DNA from: Eledone cirrhosa
Taxonomy: Eukaryota
DNA: 64,000 nt
Reading direction: 5' to 3'
NCBI GenBank assembly: GCA_964016885.1
Contig: OZ024740.1
Span: 255,936,001-256,000,000, forward strand
The notes below the pieces were generated by a model. It was given only the letters and a program-made list of their open reading frames with translations, was not told where the DNA came from and searched no databases. Below are positions 16,651 through 29,961 of the stretch, in pieces. The position numbers were made by a program, and so were the translations under genes. The stretch's first letter is position 1, and every line of letters begins with the position of its first letter.

Positions 16651-16910
16651 CTATGGAATGAGTCAGTAACTTTAAATATATAAATACCGTTAGAATTAAA
16701 TACACTTTTCGTTTGCAATTTAGTCAAACGTGTGCGCGAGCCCACTCACGCACATGCACGAACACACACACATACACACATACACACACACAATCACATA
16801 TATAAACACATACAATTTATTATAAATTCTTCGAAAAAATATGTGATAGAATGATGGAAAGAAACAGATGGACATATTTACACGTATGCATGTATATATA
16901 TATAGATATA

Positions 16911-17047
<137 letters not shown>

Positions 17048-17111
17048 CTTACATATACTGTACCGATTGTGTTGTTATTTCTGTTTACCTGTTGCATACA
17101 TATATATATAT

Positions 17112-20100
17112 ATGATAGCTGCAAATTCTGCTAATCGCTTGTCAGATTCAGGTGTGTGACGCTTGGATATGGCCTTTGAAGCCTGCTAGAGATTTGCATT
17201 CCTTCGCACATTCACGACAACTATGGATGTCCCTGGCCTCAGGTCTTGCATCAAGTTGCCTAGGAACCTTCACAATACCGTGGAGAACATAGTTCACTGG
17301 TTCTCTTTGAACATGACTGCGACTATGCCTCCTGAGGCCCGATATACTCAAGCAAATTTTTCCACACTCAGGGCACTTCAATTCAATGGAGACACCGATC
17401 GTTTCGAGAGATACACCAAGGCATTGCTTACGCACATTCCGTTTGATCTTCTCGTGCTCTATGCGTCTGTCCTCAAAATTATGGACCCCATCATTCACCA
17501 TTCCACGCCATCATTCACCATTCTCTTTCAAGAGCTTCTTTCTTTCATTCAGCCACCATCGAACCATTTTTTTTTTCAATGAGTCCTTTACACAATTCAT
17601 GAATCGGAGCCTTGGTTTGTGAGGTGGTCTTTTACCTTTACAAAGCTTGCCATACAAAAGTTGTTTTCGATCATCCACCATTTTGTATAGGTGTCCGGTC
17701 CATTGCAAATGCCGTTGGTGGATGATACTCTCAATGCTCCGACACTCACTTCCCTCAAGGACCTCAACATCCCTGACATGCATCTGCCACTTGATACCGA
17801 GTATCTTTCACTGATGGTGAAATCGTTCCAGTCTTTAGATATGCCGTTTGTAGGCAACCCATGTCTCACACGCACACAGCAAAGCTGACAGTACACATGC
17901 AACATACACTCTCACCTTGGTCTTCATTGTGATTCCTCGCCTGCACCAAAGACGGTCGCTGAGCCTTCCAAATGACTCACTTGCCTTACTAACACATAGA
18001 CCAACTTCTGCAACCAGAGAGTAGGTCATACACAAATCTGTCAGCAACCTTCAGCTTTTGACCGTATACATATAAGGAGGGGGTCATTGAAAACCTTATC
18101 CGGAGCAGGTTGGTACATGACGACAGTCTTCTTCAGACTGATTGTCAGTCCAAAGGCACTGCACGCATTGGAAAAAGATCTTGCATTGGAAAAAGATTTT
18201 GCATTTGAAAAAGCATTTGCATGTCACTCTGGGAGTGTGCAAAGAGATCGCAATCATCTGCATACAGAAATTCTCCGATCAAGGTACTCAGTACCTTAGT
18301 GAGATACCTGAGGTTGAACAGCTTGCCGGAAGTGCGATATCTGAGATAGATACCGTGTTGACAATCCTTGAAGGCCATGAAGAACACCATTGCGAAATAC
18401 AAGGCAAACAAAGTTGGTGCAGGTATATCACCTTGCTTGACACCATTTTCAACTGAGATTGGCTCAGACAGTTTACCTCCAATATTTACCCATGCCTGCA
18501 TGTCATCGTAGAAAAGTTTCAGTATGTTCACAAACTTTTCAGGACAGCCCAATCTCTCCAAAATAACCCACAAAGCCTGCCGATTTACGGTGTCAAATGC
18601 CTTGGTCAGATTGACAAAAACTTGGCAGAAATCCATACGCTGCCCAATGCATTTCTCTTGAAGTTGTTTGGCAGAGAAGACCATGTCAACAGTGCCTCTG
18701 CCATTCCTAAAGCCACATCAAGACTCAGGAAGTACCTCAACAGCAATGTGCTGTATCAATCTGTCCAACAACATCATGCACAAGATCTTCCCAGCCACAG
18801 ATACCTCTGTAGTTGCCACAGTCATCTTTGACTCCCTCTCCTTTGTAAAGTACAACCATCAATGCATCTTTCGAGTCCTGCGGTACATCTTCATTCCAAA
18901 CATTCATAAAGAGATCAGTGAGGTGGTTTAAGAAGTTATCATCATCACACTTGAAATTCTCGGCACTGAGTCCATCCATTCCAGGTGACTTGCCGCTGAT
19001 CAATTTGGCAATGGCCTTCGTCACCTCATCAAGTGAAGGAGGATCAGCCATTGCCAGCTTTGTAGGTCTGGATGGAATCGACCGGATGAACTCATCATCG
19101 ATTTTTGATGCTTTGTTGAGGAGCTCATCAAAGTGGTCATGCCACCTGATCAGGTCTTCCTTCGGTTATTTGAGCAATTCCTTGCCGTCTTTGGAGCGAA
19201 GTGGTGATATTTGTGGACCAGTTGGACAATGCACCTTCCTGAGCAGATTGTATAAGAGCTTTGTATCATGTCTGTCTGAGGCTTTCTGAATTTCATAAGC
19301 CTTTTTTCTCCACCAGGTATCTTACATGGCCCTCAATTGATGTTGCACACGTGCCTTGATCTGCTTGAAGGTCTGGTCACTCCTGTCAGAACGTGTCTGA
19401 CACAACAATGATGTCAGCACTTTTTGTTTCTCTTCAAGTAAGGTCTGGATCACTTCATTATTTTCATCGAACCAGTCTTTATGCTTTCTATTGGTATGAC
19501 CTAAAACTCCAGTACTAACATAATAGAATGTTTTCTTCAATGATTCCCAAGTGTTTTCACATTCATGGACTCAAGAGACTTCAACAGCTCAACTCAGCTC
19601 TGACTTCTGTCTTTAGACGAGTCACGTTTAGTTGTTTTGGAAGTGAAACCTTCTTCCCCGTTACTTTACAACAAATTGAAACTTGGCGCACACCAGATGA
19701 TGATCAGTCCAACATTCCACGCCTCGCAAATCACGAACCAATGTGATATCCCTGATATCATGTTTCCTCGTTAAAACAAAGTCAATAAGGTGCCACCTCT
19801 TGGAACCTGGATGCATTCAAGTTGTCTTATATTTGTCTTTCTGTTGAAAGAGCGTGTTCCCAGCAACAAGATCCATTTCAATGCACATCTGCAACAGAGG
19901 TAGGCTATTGCTATTGCACTTACCCACTCCATACTTGCCTATCACACTCCAAGCTTCCCAGTAATTATCAACACGTGCATTAAAATAACCAAGGGTGACA
20001 ATTTTGTTTGTATAAGGTATACTATGGATGACGAGCTCTTTCAGAGACATGTAGAAAGCTAGTGTTTCATCATTACTAGCACACATAGTCGGAGCGTACA

Positions 20101-21046
20101 CACTGACAAGAGTCGCAAAGCGGTTATGAATCAGAGGAACTCTCATGGACTTTATCCGATCCTTGAATCTACAGGGAAAATTTTTCAGCTTTGAGACGAT
20201 TCCATTCCTGGTAGCAAATGTGACCCCTGCCTCTTTCTTACAACCCTCTGCTCTACCACTCCAATAGAAGGTATATCCTCCCTTCTGTTTTGTGAATTGA
20301 CCCTCACCTGCTAATTTCGTTTCGGAAAGAGCAACGATGTCCATGTTATAACGATTGAGTTCCCTCGACACCAAAGCAGATCTTCTTTCAGGGTTAGTTA
20401 CACTGGATTGGGAATCAAGTAAAGTTCTTACTTTCCAGCATCCAATATTCAGAGGTTTAAACCTCTTTGCAGTTGTAGGATGATGACCGGGACAACGCTG
20501 CGGTGCCATGGAACACCTGCCGAGCCAGACACCTTCACAATAAGTTCTAGAGCCCTTGCTGCTATTGACTTCATTTGTCATCATAGAGTTTGGTGCACTT
20601 TTAGGCTACGGCCAGCCAAACGAACCTGTAACAGATCGTGAACAAGCAATGCCTGTGCTCTGAAGGTCTTTTAAGTGGGGAAAGGCCAATCCCACTCTCT
20701 AAACATCGAAAACACTATCCGAAAAGGAGAACTGGTCAACATCATCGAATGCTTCCGAAGCCGCAAGTTTTTTTTCAGAGTTTCCCATTCCTAGAAAGGT
20801 GTTGTGACAATAATTGGGGGGCCTTCACTCCCAGGTAGAAAAAAAAGTACTATTTGGTTGGCCGTTGACTCTGACGAGTTCATCCGCCCATTGCGGAGTC
20901 ATGTATTTCATCCCGCAAGGTGTCCAATTATCACCCTCCTCACCCAACAAGCTTGGTGGGGTTGCCGATTTAGTCGCCGACAACCCGACCATGAGACAGA
21001 TGTACTGGGTTACTTGTTACCAGTAGCCCTCGAGAGCGACCTGACT
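17112..21046 (-). mobile_element. Near full-length, decayed RTE (BovB-like) LINE: AP endonuclease, RT, two C-terminal C2H2 fingers
   Basis: IGCWKVRTL, DIVALSETK, SVYAPT, KSPGMDG, NYRGI, LTKAFDTV, GVKQGDIPAPTLF, LYADD; CPECGKIC...LRRHSRSH and CRECAKEC...FKGHIQASH. Confidence 0.95.
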
Positions 21047-21464
21047 TATATATATACATACATGCATACACACACGCACACGCGCACACACACACACGCA
21101 CACACACATACCCCCCCCCCCCCACACACACACTATATATATATATATATTTATATATTCTAATTTTCTTTTTAATTTTCGGCAAGGCCAGCCATTAAAT
21201 CGCTCGGTGTGCTAATGAGGGTAATCAGCCGATGTATACTTTCGAAAATACTATATATTTTCAACAATTCAATCCAGTAGCAGAGAGGTATACATTCCTG
21301 CTGATTGTTCATTGATGCTATAGTTGAACAAACGGATGGCGATAGCCAACAAAACACAGCTCAGCGTAGTAAGGCCGTTCGCTTGCAAACGAAACGAATA
21401 CTATTATTATTATTCGATAAAACCCATACTTACACACACACACACATATATATATATACTTACT

Positions 21465-21675
21465 ATAGTTATATAGCTTCTAATTGAATGGAAGGAAGTA
21501 TGGGCGGCGCGTTGGTGTAATGGTTACACATTGGTCCGGCAAACCAAAGATGTGGGTTGGTGTCCCATGTACGTCAAAACTTATCCTTTTTTTCCAGTCA
21601 GAGGGTTTCTTTAAATCCCAACTAACAGACTAATTCTATTTAGTCAAATACGGCGTAAGCAAATGTTACTACCTA
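21465..21675 (+). mobile_element. Diverged copy of the tRNA-related 271 bp unit
   Basis: tatagcttctaattgaatgg...ttggtgtaatggttacac...ggtccggc.aaccaaagatgtggg...ttagtcaaatacggcg aligns with the 10.6-11.1 kb unit. Confidence 0.75.
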
Positions 21676-21849
21676 ATTTTATATTGATCATGCTTTTATT
21701 TTTATTTCATTTCATTTTATTTATATCATGCTTTATTTTTATTTTTATTTTTAATTTCATTCGCACCGTTTCCTCCCACCCCCTTTTCGCTATATGTCTC
21801 TGCACCACTCCCCTACACACCCTTTGAACTCTCTTCCCACACACTTTTC

Positions 21850-21878
21850 ACCTGAAGAGCTTATGCCCGAAATGTCGT
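21850..21878 (+). ncRNA. Degenerate minimal hammerhead motif in a PLE-like tail
   Basis: ac-CTGAAGA-gc(ttat)gc-cc-GAAAT-GTC-gt followed by aattaataaa. Confidence 0.45.
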
Positions 21879-21967
21879 TCCCCACCACCACCCCACTCTC
21901 CAGAGCGTGAAATTAATAAACATTCGTTGTACTGCCTCTCTGTTTTGTTTCTGTTCAAATTTTCCAT

Positions 21968-22045
<78 letters not shown>

Positions 22046-22215
22046 AAACCCAAATTTGTTTTCGCTTATAGATTGTTTTTCTCTCTGCCACCACTAGAAC
22101 AAAAGAATGACGTTAGTCTTCAAGAACAGACAGAGCACTATGAGGCTATTTGCTTGCAAACGAATCGAATATTAATAATATTATTATAATATTATTAATA
22201 TTCACTCACGAATGC

Positions 22216-22290
<75 letters not shown>

Positions 22291-22865
22291 CGAAAGAGAG
22301 AAGGAGACAGGGACATGAGTAAACTTATATGCTCACTAGCGCACGTTGTAATTGGATATTTGTAATAGACATACACATAATCTTATATTCATGTATATAT
22401 ATGTATATATACATATATATACACACACACATGTGTATATACATATATATATATATACATATATACATACACACACACATATGTATACACATATATATAT
22501 ACATATATATCTACATATAAATTTATTAATATACATATATATCTACAAATAAATTTATTAATATATATATATATCAGCAATAAATATAGATGTAGATAAA
22601 TGCGTGTGTATGTGTATGGAGGAATGGGAAGCAACATCAGAGGTTTCGTTAATTGGGTACATCGTTGGAATTGGCTAGACACTTTGGCTAATATCACACC
22701 ATCTCACCATCTACATATGAACACACACACATATATATATTTATAACATACACTCACACCCATAAATATATATATGTAGTGTATATATATATATGTCTGT
22801 GTGTGCGTCTATATATGTGTGTGTGTATATATAGAGAGAGATAGATAGAGATACACACACACACA

Positions 22866-22970
<105 letters not shown>

Positions 22971-23429
22971 GGTACACTTACCAAGCAAATTATTTCCTAT
23001 ATCTAAAATTGAATATCTAATAATATTAATAACAATAGATATGATGATGATAGTATTGGTGGTGGTTTGGGTTGTTGTGATGATGATGCTGGTGGTGTGT
23101 ATAGTGATGATGATGATAATGATAACGGTAGTGGTGGCGAGGATATGATGAAGATGATGATTATGCTGATGATAATGATGGCGATGTTGGTTGTGGAGGT
23201 TGTGGTGGGGAAGCTGCCTTTGTTGCTGATGATGATTATGATGAAGAAATGGAGTGGGGGAATAGCAAGAGAGGGGATCGTGGCTTGTGAGAGAGTGTGT
23301 TTGGGGGGCGGGTGTGTTTATTATGATCGATCATTTCAAACATTGTCTAAATGGTATGGAGTATTGTCAGAGGAAATAATTCTATTTCTCTTTCATCCAG
23401 TATCTCACTGTTGTGTATGCTATCCATCA

Positions 23430-23770
23430 CCTTCTCGTCCTCCAACATGTCACTGGTGTATATGTGATCCCTCTATTTTCCACTACTTTACTGGTGTACA
23501 TTAGAACCACTCTTCTAGGTTCCTATCTCCCTCCAACATGTCACTGATGTATACTTGATCCTTCTAGATTTATATCATCTTCCGACCTACACTACTTTAC
23601 TGGTGTACATTGTAATGACACTTTTAGTTTCTTATTATCCTCCAACATGTCCCTTCTGTATATTTCATCCAACTTTCAGTGGGTTTCCTGCTCTCTAACA
23701 TACCACTGGTGCATATTTCATCCATCGTTCACTGGATTAGCCGTCCCCTAACATGTTTTTGGTATATAAT
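23430..23770. repeat. Degenerate minisatellite (cctccaacatgtcactggtgtata core)
   Basis: Core recurs at about 23439, 23530, 23639, 23693 and 23746. Confidence 0.65.
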
Positions 23771-23789
23771 GGATCAATTCCTGTACTCT

Positions 23790-24130
23790 AAGTTGTTGTC
23801 TCGGGGTGGAAGGAAATGGAATGGACCTTCGCCATGTTCGACAATGAGTGCTCCAGTTTTTCTATTAAAAGAACAGCCTGCTCCTAAAATTAAGCGTCGA
23901 GATAATCTACAGACACACGTACCTTTAACGTGATTCCTAAGGAGATTTAGCGTTATACAGTGTGTGACATGATTGGTTCTATGAATTACAGGTACAGTTT
24001 CTGTCTATCCTGTTTCATTCACAAGACATGGGTCGACGTGAGGCTATATATGCACAAGACGTCACACAGTGGGACTGAACCTGAAACCTAATAATTGGAA
24101 AACTAACTTTGAACCCATTCGGCCATGTCG
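23790..24130 (-). mobile_element. Composite SINE remnants
   Basis: acacgtacctttaacgtgattcctaaggagatttagcg...tgtgtgaca is homologous to 40625-40745 (inverted) and 41680-41900. Confidence 0.6.
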
Positions 24131-24289
24131 CATATGTCTATATATTCCATTTTCCAATAACTCCTGTAGGAGTCGTAGGGGGAAGTAAGGATGAAATGCA
24201 AAACAAATTTTGGTGGAATTTTAACTGTGAGCTTAAAGGGCCGAACCTATAACCCGCTCTTCCAAAAATGCCATCCACCACTCTAATAA

Positions 24290-24590
24290 TAATGGTTTCT
24301 CATATAGGTACAAGGCCAGTAATTTTGGCGGAACTGAAAGTCGATTAAATCGACCCCAGTGCGTCACTGGTGCATTATTTTATCGACCCCGTAAGGATGA
24401 AAGGCAAAGTTAACCTCGGCGGGATTTGAACTCAGACCATAAAGGGCCGTAACTCTTTGCTGCAAAGCATGGCGTTCGATAATAATAATTGTTTCTACTT
24501 TTGGCACAAGGCCAGCAATTACCCAATGCATTACTGGTACTTTATTCTATCGACCCCGGAAGGATGAAAGGCAAAGTTAACCTCTCCGAT
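24290..24590 (-). mobile_element. Two tandem Meta-like SINE copies
   Basis: tcgaccccg.aaggatgaaaggcaaagttaacctc at 24383 and 24550. Confidence 0.75.
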
Positions 24591-24624
24591 AATAATAATA
24601 ATAATAATAATAAAACAAAATAAT

Positions 24625-25110
24625 TTACCAGATTCTGAAAAGTGGTACGAGCATAAGCACGAGTCGGTGATAGAAAACGATCCAGTGAAGATGCTGTGGG
24701 ATTTCATGATACAGACTGACAAGAAATTAGAACTCAATAGGCCTGACCTGGTGGTTTTTGACAAGGAAAAAAGATCGTGCCTGATTGTAGAGGTAACCTT
24801 CCCCTTTGACACAAGAGTGCAAGAAAAGGAGGAGAAAATCAACTGATACCCGGATTTAAAATGGGAATTAAAAAAGATTTGGTCCTTCCGGTTGTCATAG
24901 GATCACTAGGTACTATCTCGAAGAGTTTTCAAGGATGGTTAAAGAATATTAGTCCAGCCCCCTATTTTGGAACACTTCAAAAGGTATGCTTGCTGGGAAC
25001 AGCAAGAACCCTCCGACACGTCCAGAATATCTGAGACTGCAGGTAGCCGCTTGATGTTCATTTGAATAAACTTTCCGGTTAAATAACCTCAATGACTAGG
25101 GCTCCAAGAA
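24625..25110 (+). mobile_element. 3' fragment of R4/Dong-type LINE (restriction-like endonuclease) in (TAA)n
   Basis: KWYEHK.ESVIEND.VKMLWDFMIQTD...NRPDLVV.DK....C.IVEV..PFD...; IGSLG; LQKVCLLGTAR; (AAT)n on the left and AAT/GAT repeats on the right. Confidence 0.88.
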
Positions 25111-25438
25111 AATAACAATAATAGTAATAATGATGATGATGATAATGGTAATGATAGTTTCTTTATTATTCACACAGAGCTCACAATAAGAGAAAAATAA
25201 TGACGGTACAGGACGGTACAGCAATGATGATAATAAATTGTTTATTAAGCAAACAATTTAAAACTACTGAAATCAGTATGACTACAATACAGGGACACAT
25301 GTATATTTATATGTATATATATCCTAGAGAAGGATGGCTTAAAATGCCAAGAAGCGCCGTATGTCAATATGGTGCCCCGACGACTCTATCAGGATTTATG
25401 GGACTATACATACATACATACATACATACATACATACA

Positions 25439-25469
<31 letters not shown>

Positions 25470-25473
25470 GTGC

Positions 25474-25518
<45 letters not shown>

Positions 25519-25803
25519 AAACAAACAAATAGTTTATCGTTCTACATGGCTGAATACAATAATGTAATCTGAGTTTTTCGAATATTAATAATAATATTCG
25601 ATTCATTTGCAATTATGCAAACAGCCTTTTTAAAGCCATGTCAGTAGAATGAGCCCCTCATTCTTGCTCTTGTGTTGGCATGTAAGCAGAACTGCAGACA
25701 CTAATGTTTCTGGGTGATTACCTTTCATCAGTGCAGTATACTGCTTGCCTGCCAACTGTCAGAGTTAGTGAAAATATATGATATTTTCTGAAATATACAG
25801 TGA

Positions 25804-25854
<51 letters not shown>

Positions 25855-25856
<2 letters not shown>

Positions 25857-26060
25857 CGTTTCTGAATTTGTTTAGCAAGATTCTTTATCTGAAAACGTGT
25901 GTTGAAACCGATATTGTTATACTTTGGGAGGGTCATGTTGCCAATAAGAAACACACGCACCAGTCGCTTTCACTTCAATTTATTATAATAAATTGAAGTG
26001 AAAGCAACTTGTGCGTGTGTTTCTTATTGGCAACATGACCCTCCCAAAGTATAACAATAT
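25855..26060. repeat. Fold-back copy of the Naiad-like PLE tail
   Basis: 25855-25985 is the reverse complement of 1955-2090; 25985-26058 is the forward copy; axis at tttattataataaa. Confidence 0.88.
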
Positions 26061-26069
26061 ATATATATA

Positions 26070-28203
26070 TAACAAAGGAATTGTGGTAAGGAACCAGTAG
26101 GACCGTAACGCACCAGAGTAATCAATACTTAGGGTAGTAGAGTGGGATATAGGAAAAAGTATGACCCCGACGGCAGAGCTCAAGCCGTCGAAACGGCTAT
26201 TTCTGGACTAAATTACAATTTTTAGCCTGGTGAATAAATAACCGAACTTGTCAAGGGGGTACTTCCTTATATGGGAAGATTGTAGTTGTCAAGAGGATTG
26301 GTTAAAATTTGTTGTAAACACAAACAAGTCTATCATGGCATTTGGTGGGAGGTAGGTGTGGCTGAACACTGCCTGTAGAACAATAGGGATGTGAGTGTAG
26401 CGGTCAAGCCTTGAAATCACCCTACAAACCCGAGTCAATTTCCTGGACGTTTCCCTTAACTTCGAAAATGATCTGAACTACCCAGACAGGAAACCAAACG
26501 ACAACCTGCATTACATCCACCGCCGCTCTAACCATCCTAGAAACATCACCAATAACCTGGTTAAAAACATCTCCATCTGCATATCTCGTTAGTCCGCTAA
26601 TGAGCAGATATTCGACGAACACGCGCCTCATTACAACCAGGCCCTCAAGCGGAGTGGCTTCCGGGAGGAAATATCCTTTTATCCAGCTTCCCTTAGCGGA
26701 ACCAGCAGGCGACACCGCCGCTGTCGCAACGTAACGTGGTTCAATCCTCCCCATAATGTCGAGGTGGCAACACCTATCGGGAAAATCTTCTTTAGACTCC
26801 TCGAAAAACACTTCCCACTACAACACCGCTACCACAACATAATCAACAAAAGCACCATCAAACTCTCCTACAACACCACACCTAACTTCGCACAATACAT
26901 CGTCTTCTCAAACAACAAAAAACTCAACCCTTATGGAAGAAATAACCTAGACATCAGTGGAGAGCCGACCAGGAGGTGCAACTGCCCTGATAGATCTACG
27001 TGCCCCCTCAACAACAAATGCCGAGAACGTAACGTGATCTACCAGTGCAACGTGAGGACGGACACCCCCAACAAAGCTTATATAGGATTAACCGCGTGTG
27101 ACTTCAAGACCCAGCTCTACCAACACCAACATACTTTCCGAAACCCGGTCCGGCGACATGCCACTACACTTTCGGGCCACATCTGGGACCTCCAGGATAA
27201 TAATATAACCTACAATCTCACTTGGAGCTTACTGTCCAGAGCTAACTCTTACACGGGAGGACGCCGTCCGTGTAACTTATGCTCGGAGGAAACATTACAA
27301 ATGTTGTTTTCGAAGGACCAACTCCTAAACAAGAAAGTCGAACTGGTAACCGCATGCAAACACAGATTGCGTAGGACTTAACTCGCCTTCAAGCCCCATA
27401 ACGACCGGGTGGATAGAGAAGGGCTGATACCCCCCCCCCCCCCCCCACTGGCCGAATAAGTTAGGGGAAACCCCAGCTTACTTAGGTAGATGTATCTCTT
27501 TTCTTTTCTTTTCCTCTTTGTCTTCTTCCCCCTGTCTCATCCTATCACTTCTTTCCACCTCCTATTTTCTTCCTCGTCTGCTTTTCCCCCTTCGCCTACC
27601 CCGATGTAACCCATCGGGCCTCTGTAGCATCAGTTCCCCCCACTCCTGTAATTTTAAGATAGAATTGGCCGAATACCTTTTACTAACTACTTATAGCAGA
27701 CGTGTTAAACCCCTTTAATTTTGTATCAGTTCTGGTACTACTCAATTTCTACAAGTTTTTTCTATTCTCAACTTATTAACCTGTAATTGTAAGATAGCTT
27801 TGTCATTTTTTTTTATTCCTTTCTCACTATATATATATATTTTTTCTATTATATTTTATTGTCTCCTACTCTCATTCGATTAGCTATTCTATAACCCCTC
27901 TCCTCCACTTCATACACTTAGAATCTGCTGTATACATATGACTTTCAACGCTTGACCGCTCCACTCACACCCCTATTGTTCTACAGGCAAGTTCAGTTAC
28001 CCCTACCTCCCACCAAATGCCATGATAGACTTATTTCTGTTTACAACAAATTTTAACCAATCCTCTTGACAACTACAATCTTCCCATATAAGGAAGTACC
28101 TCCTTGACAAGTTCGGCTATTTATTCACCAGGTTAAAAATTTAATTTAGTCCAGAAATAGCCGTTTCGACGGCTTGAGCTCTGCCGTCGGGGTCATACTT
28201 TTT

Positions 28204-28207
<4 letters not shown>
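26070..28207 (+). mobile_element. Hydra-like PLE 3' half with inverted terminal repeats (26148-26415 / 27940-28207)
   Basis: VNFLDVSL, SNHP, WFNPP, CNCPDRSTCPLNNKC, VIYQC...YIGLT, CNLCSEE; inverted pseudo-LTR at the 5' side. Confidence 0.92.
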
Positions 28208-28254
<47 letters not shown>

Positions 28255-28590
28255 TTCATCAAAAATATAGGTGCAGCTATATTAGATATAATGTTGATAT
28301 GTAATGATTAAATGCTCAGATGTATTCTTTGAGCTTATTCTTAGGGGATAAGATGCATGTTCGAGATTATATCAAATATGACATATATATATTCATATTT
28401 ACACACACAAGAAGACAAGAATATGCTGAAAAATTCTCTGATTAAGCCATTTCCCATTTTCAGAAACCCACGTACATACACACACACACACATATACGCG
28501 TGTGTGTGCGCGCGCGCTTGTTTCTGACATGACATCTTTGATTTAATTTTGGTAGTATATATATATAAATATATATGAGTGCGTGTATGT

Positions 28591-28643
<53 letters not shown>

Positions 28644-28915
28644 ATTATATATACTATATTTATATATATACATGTATAGATGGCCGACTGAATACACACG
28701 TGTATGTTTTTTTCTAGTTTTCGCCGTTCCTTCCTCTCATCACTCTTTTCTTTCTATATATCTTCTAATTTTAACTCTGCATTCTTATGAAAGTTTAGAG
28801 TCCGAATCGTTAAGACTCTCTTCTTGCTATTTCAAGCGTTAAATTAACATGTACTGTGCTGTTTGTTTTGTTATTTTTGGTTTTTCACACACACCCACAC
28901 GCACACATATGTAGA

Positions 28916-29090
28916 CAGTCAAATTCCATTACAACGAAATTGACGGGGTATAACAAAAAGTTCGTTGTAACGAAAATTGCTTTATAATGAGATCGACCTA
29001 ACACATCGAGCGTTTGGCTGGGGATTGAAACAAATTGTTATATTGAAAAAATTCGTTATACTGGTATTCGTTATAACGAAATTTTACTAT
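28916..29090. mobile_element. Tigger/pogo-like MITE
   Basis: Imperfect TIRs cagtcaaattccattacaacgaa / ttcgttataacgaaattttacta; internal ttcgtt.taacg repeats; TA context. Confidence 0.6.
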
Positions 29091-29961
29091 ATATAAATAT
29101 ATATATATATTCATGTATACATACATAAATGTATATATATATATATATATACACATGTGTATATATCATATTGGAACTACAATCCCTGATCGGTTAAATT
29201 CATTTTTTTCGATTCACGTTTCAATTGATTCAAATTTTCCTTGTCTCCACAATCCCTCCCAATCTCCACCTTCTCCCCTGTACACACTCCACCCTCTCCC
29301 TTGTATATTTCCCACCCACTACCTCTTCTTCTTTCATTATAATCTTTCAATTTACCCTCCATATTTACTGATTGTATCCGGCTTTCTGTGTCCATTTGTA
29401 TATATGTATGTATGTATGTATATATGTATGTATGTATCTCCGGGAGAGATGACTCCTTAGCCTTTGTCAAGGCAGAATTCTAGGAGAAGGAAAACGCTGA
29501 TATAACACCTGCAACCCTGATGGTATCCAATGATGTTGACTTGTTCTTCTTTTTGGTAAATATCATCTTGGTTAAGAGAGTGGGACTGGCTTTGTGCAGT
29601 GCCTTTGCTCACTATAAAAGTTTCACGGCACAGGCATTGATTTGTATCTGCAGATCTCTCTGCACTTGTCGTCACATGGTACCATGGGCCCAGCACTATG
29701 TGTCAATAATTGTCGCATGTGTAGTGTTTGTACCAGAGTTTTCAAGTCGCTGGCTGGACTAAAAAGTCACACTCGTTCAGCGCATCGGTAGGGGTTCTCC
29801 TACATGGATACAAAGTAGTGACCGTACTCGAAAACGAGTTGGCAGCCACCACCATGTATGTATGTATGTATGTATGTATGTATGTATGTATGTATGTATG
29901 TATGTATGTATGTATTTATGTATGTATGTATGTATGTATGTATGTATATATGTATGTATGT

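Noticed and set aside
23067-23504. 145 aa Asp/Met-rich ORF
   Set aside because: Derived from a degenerate (GAT)n/(GGT)n repeat plus minisatellite.
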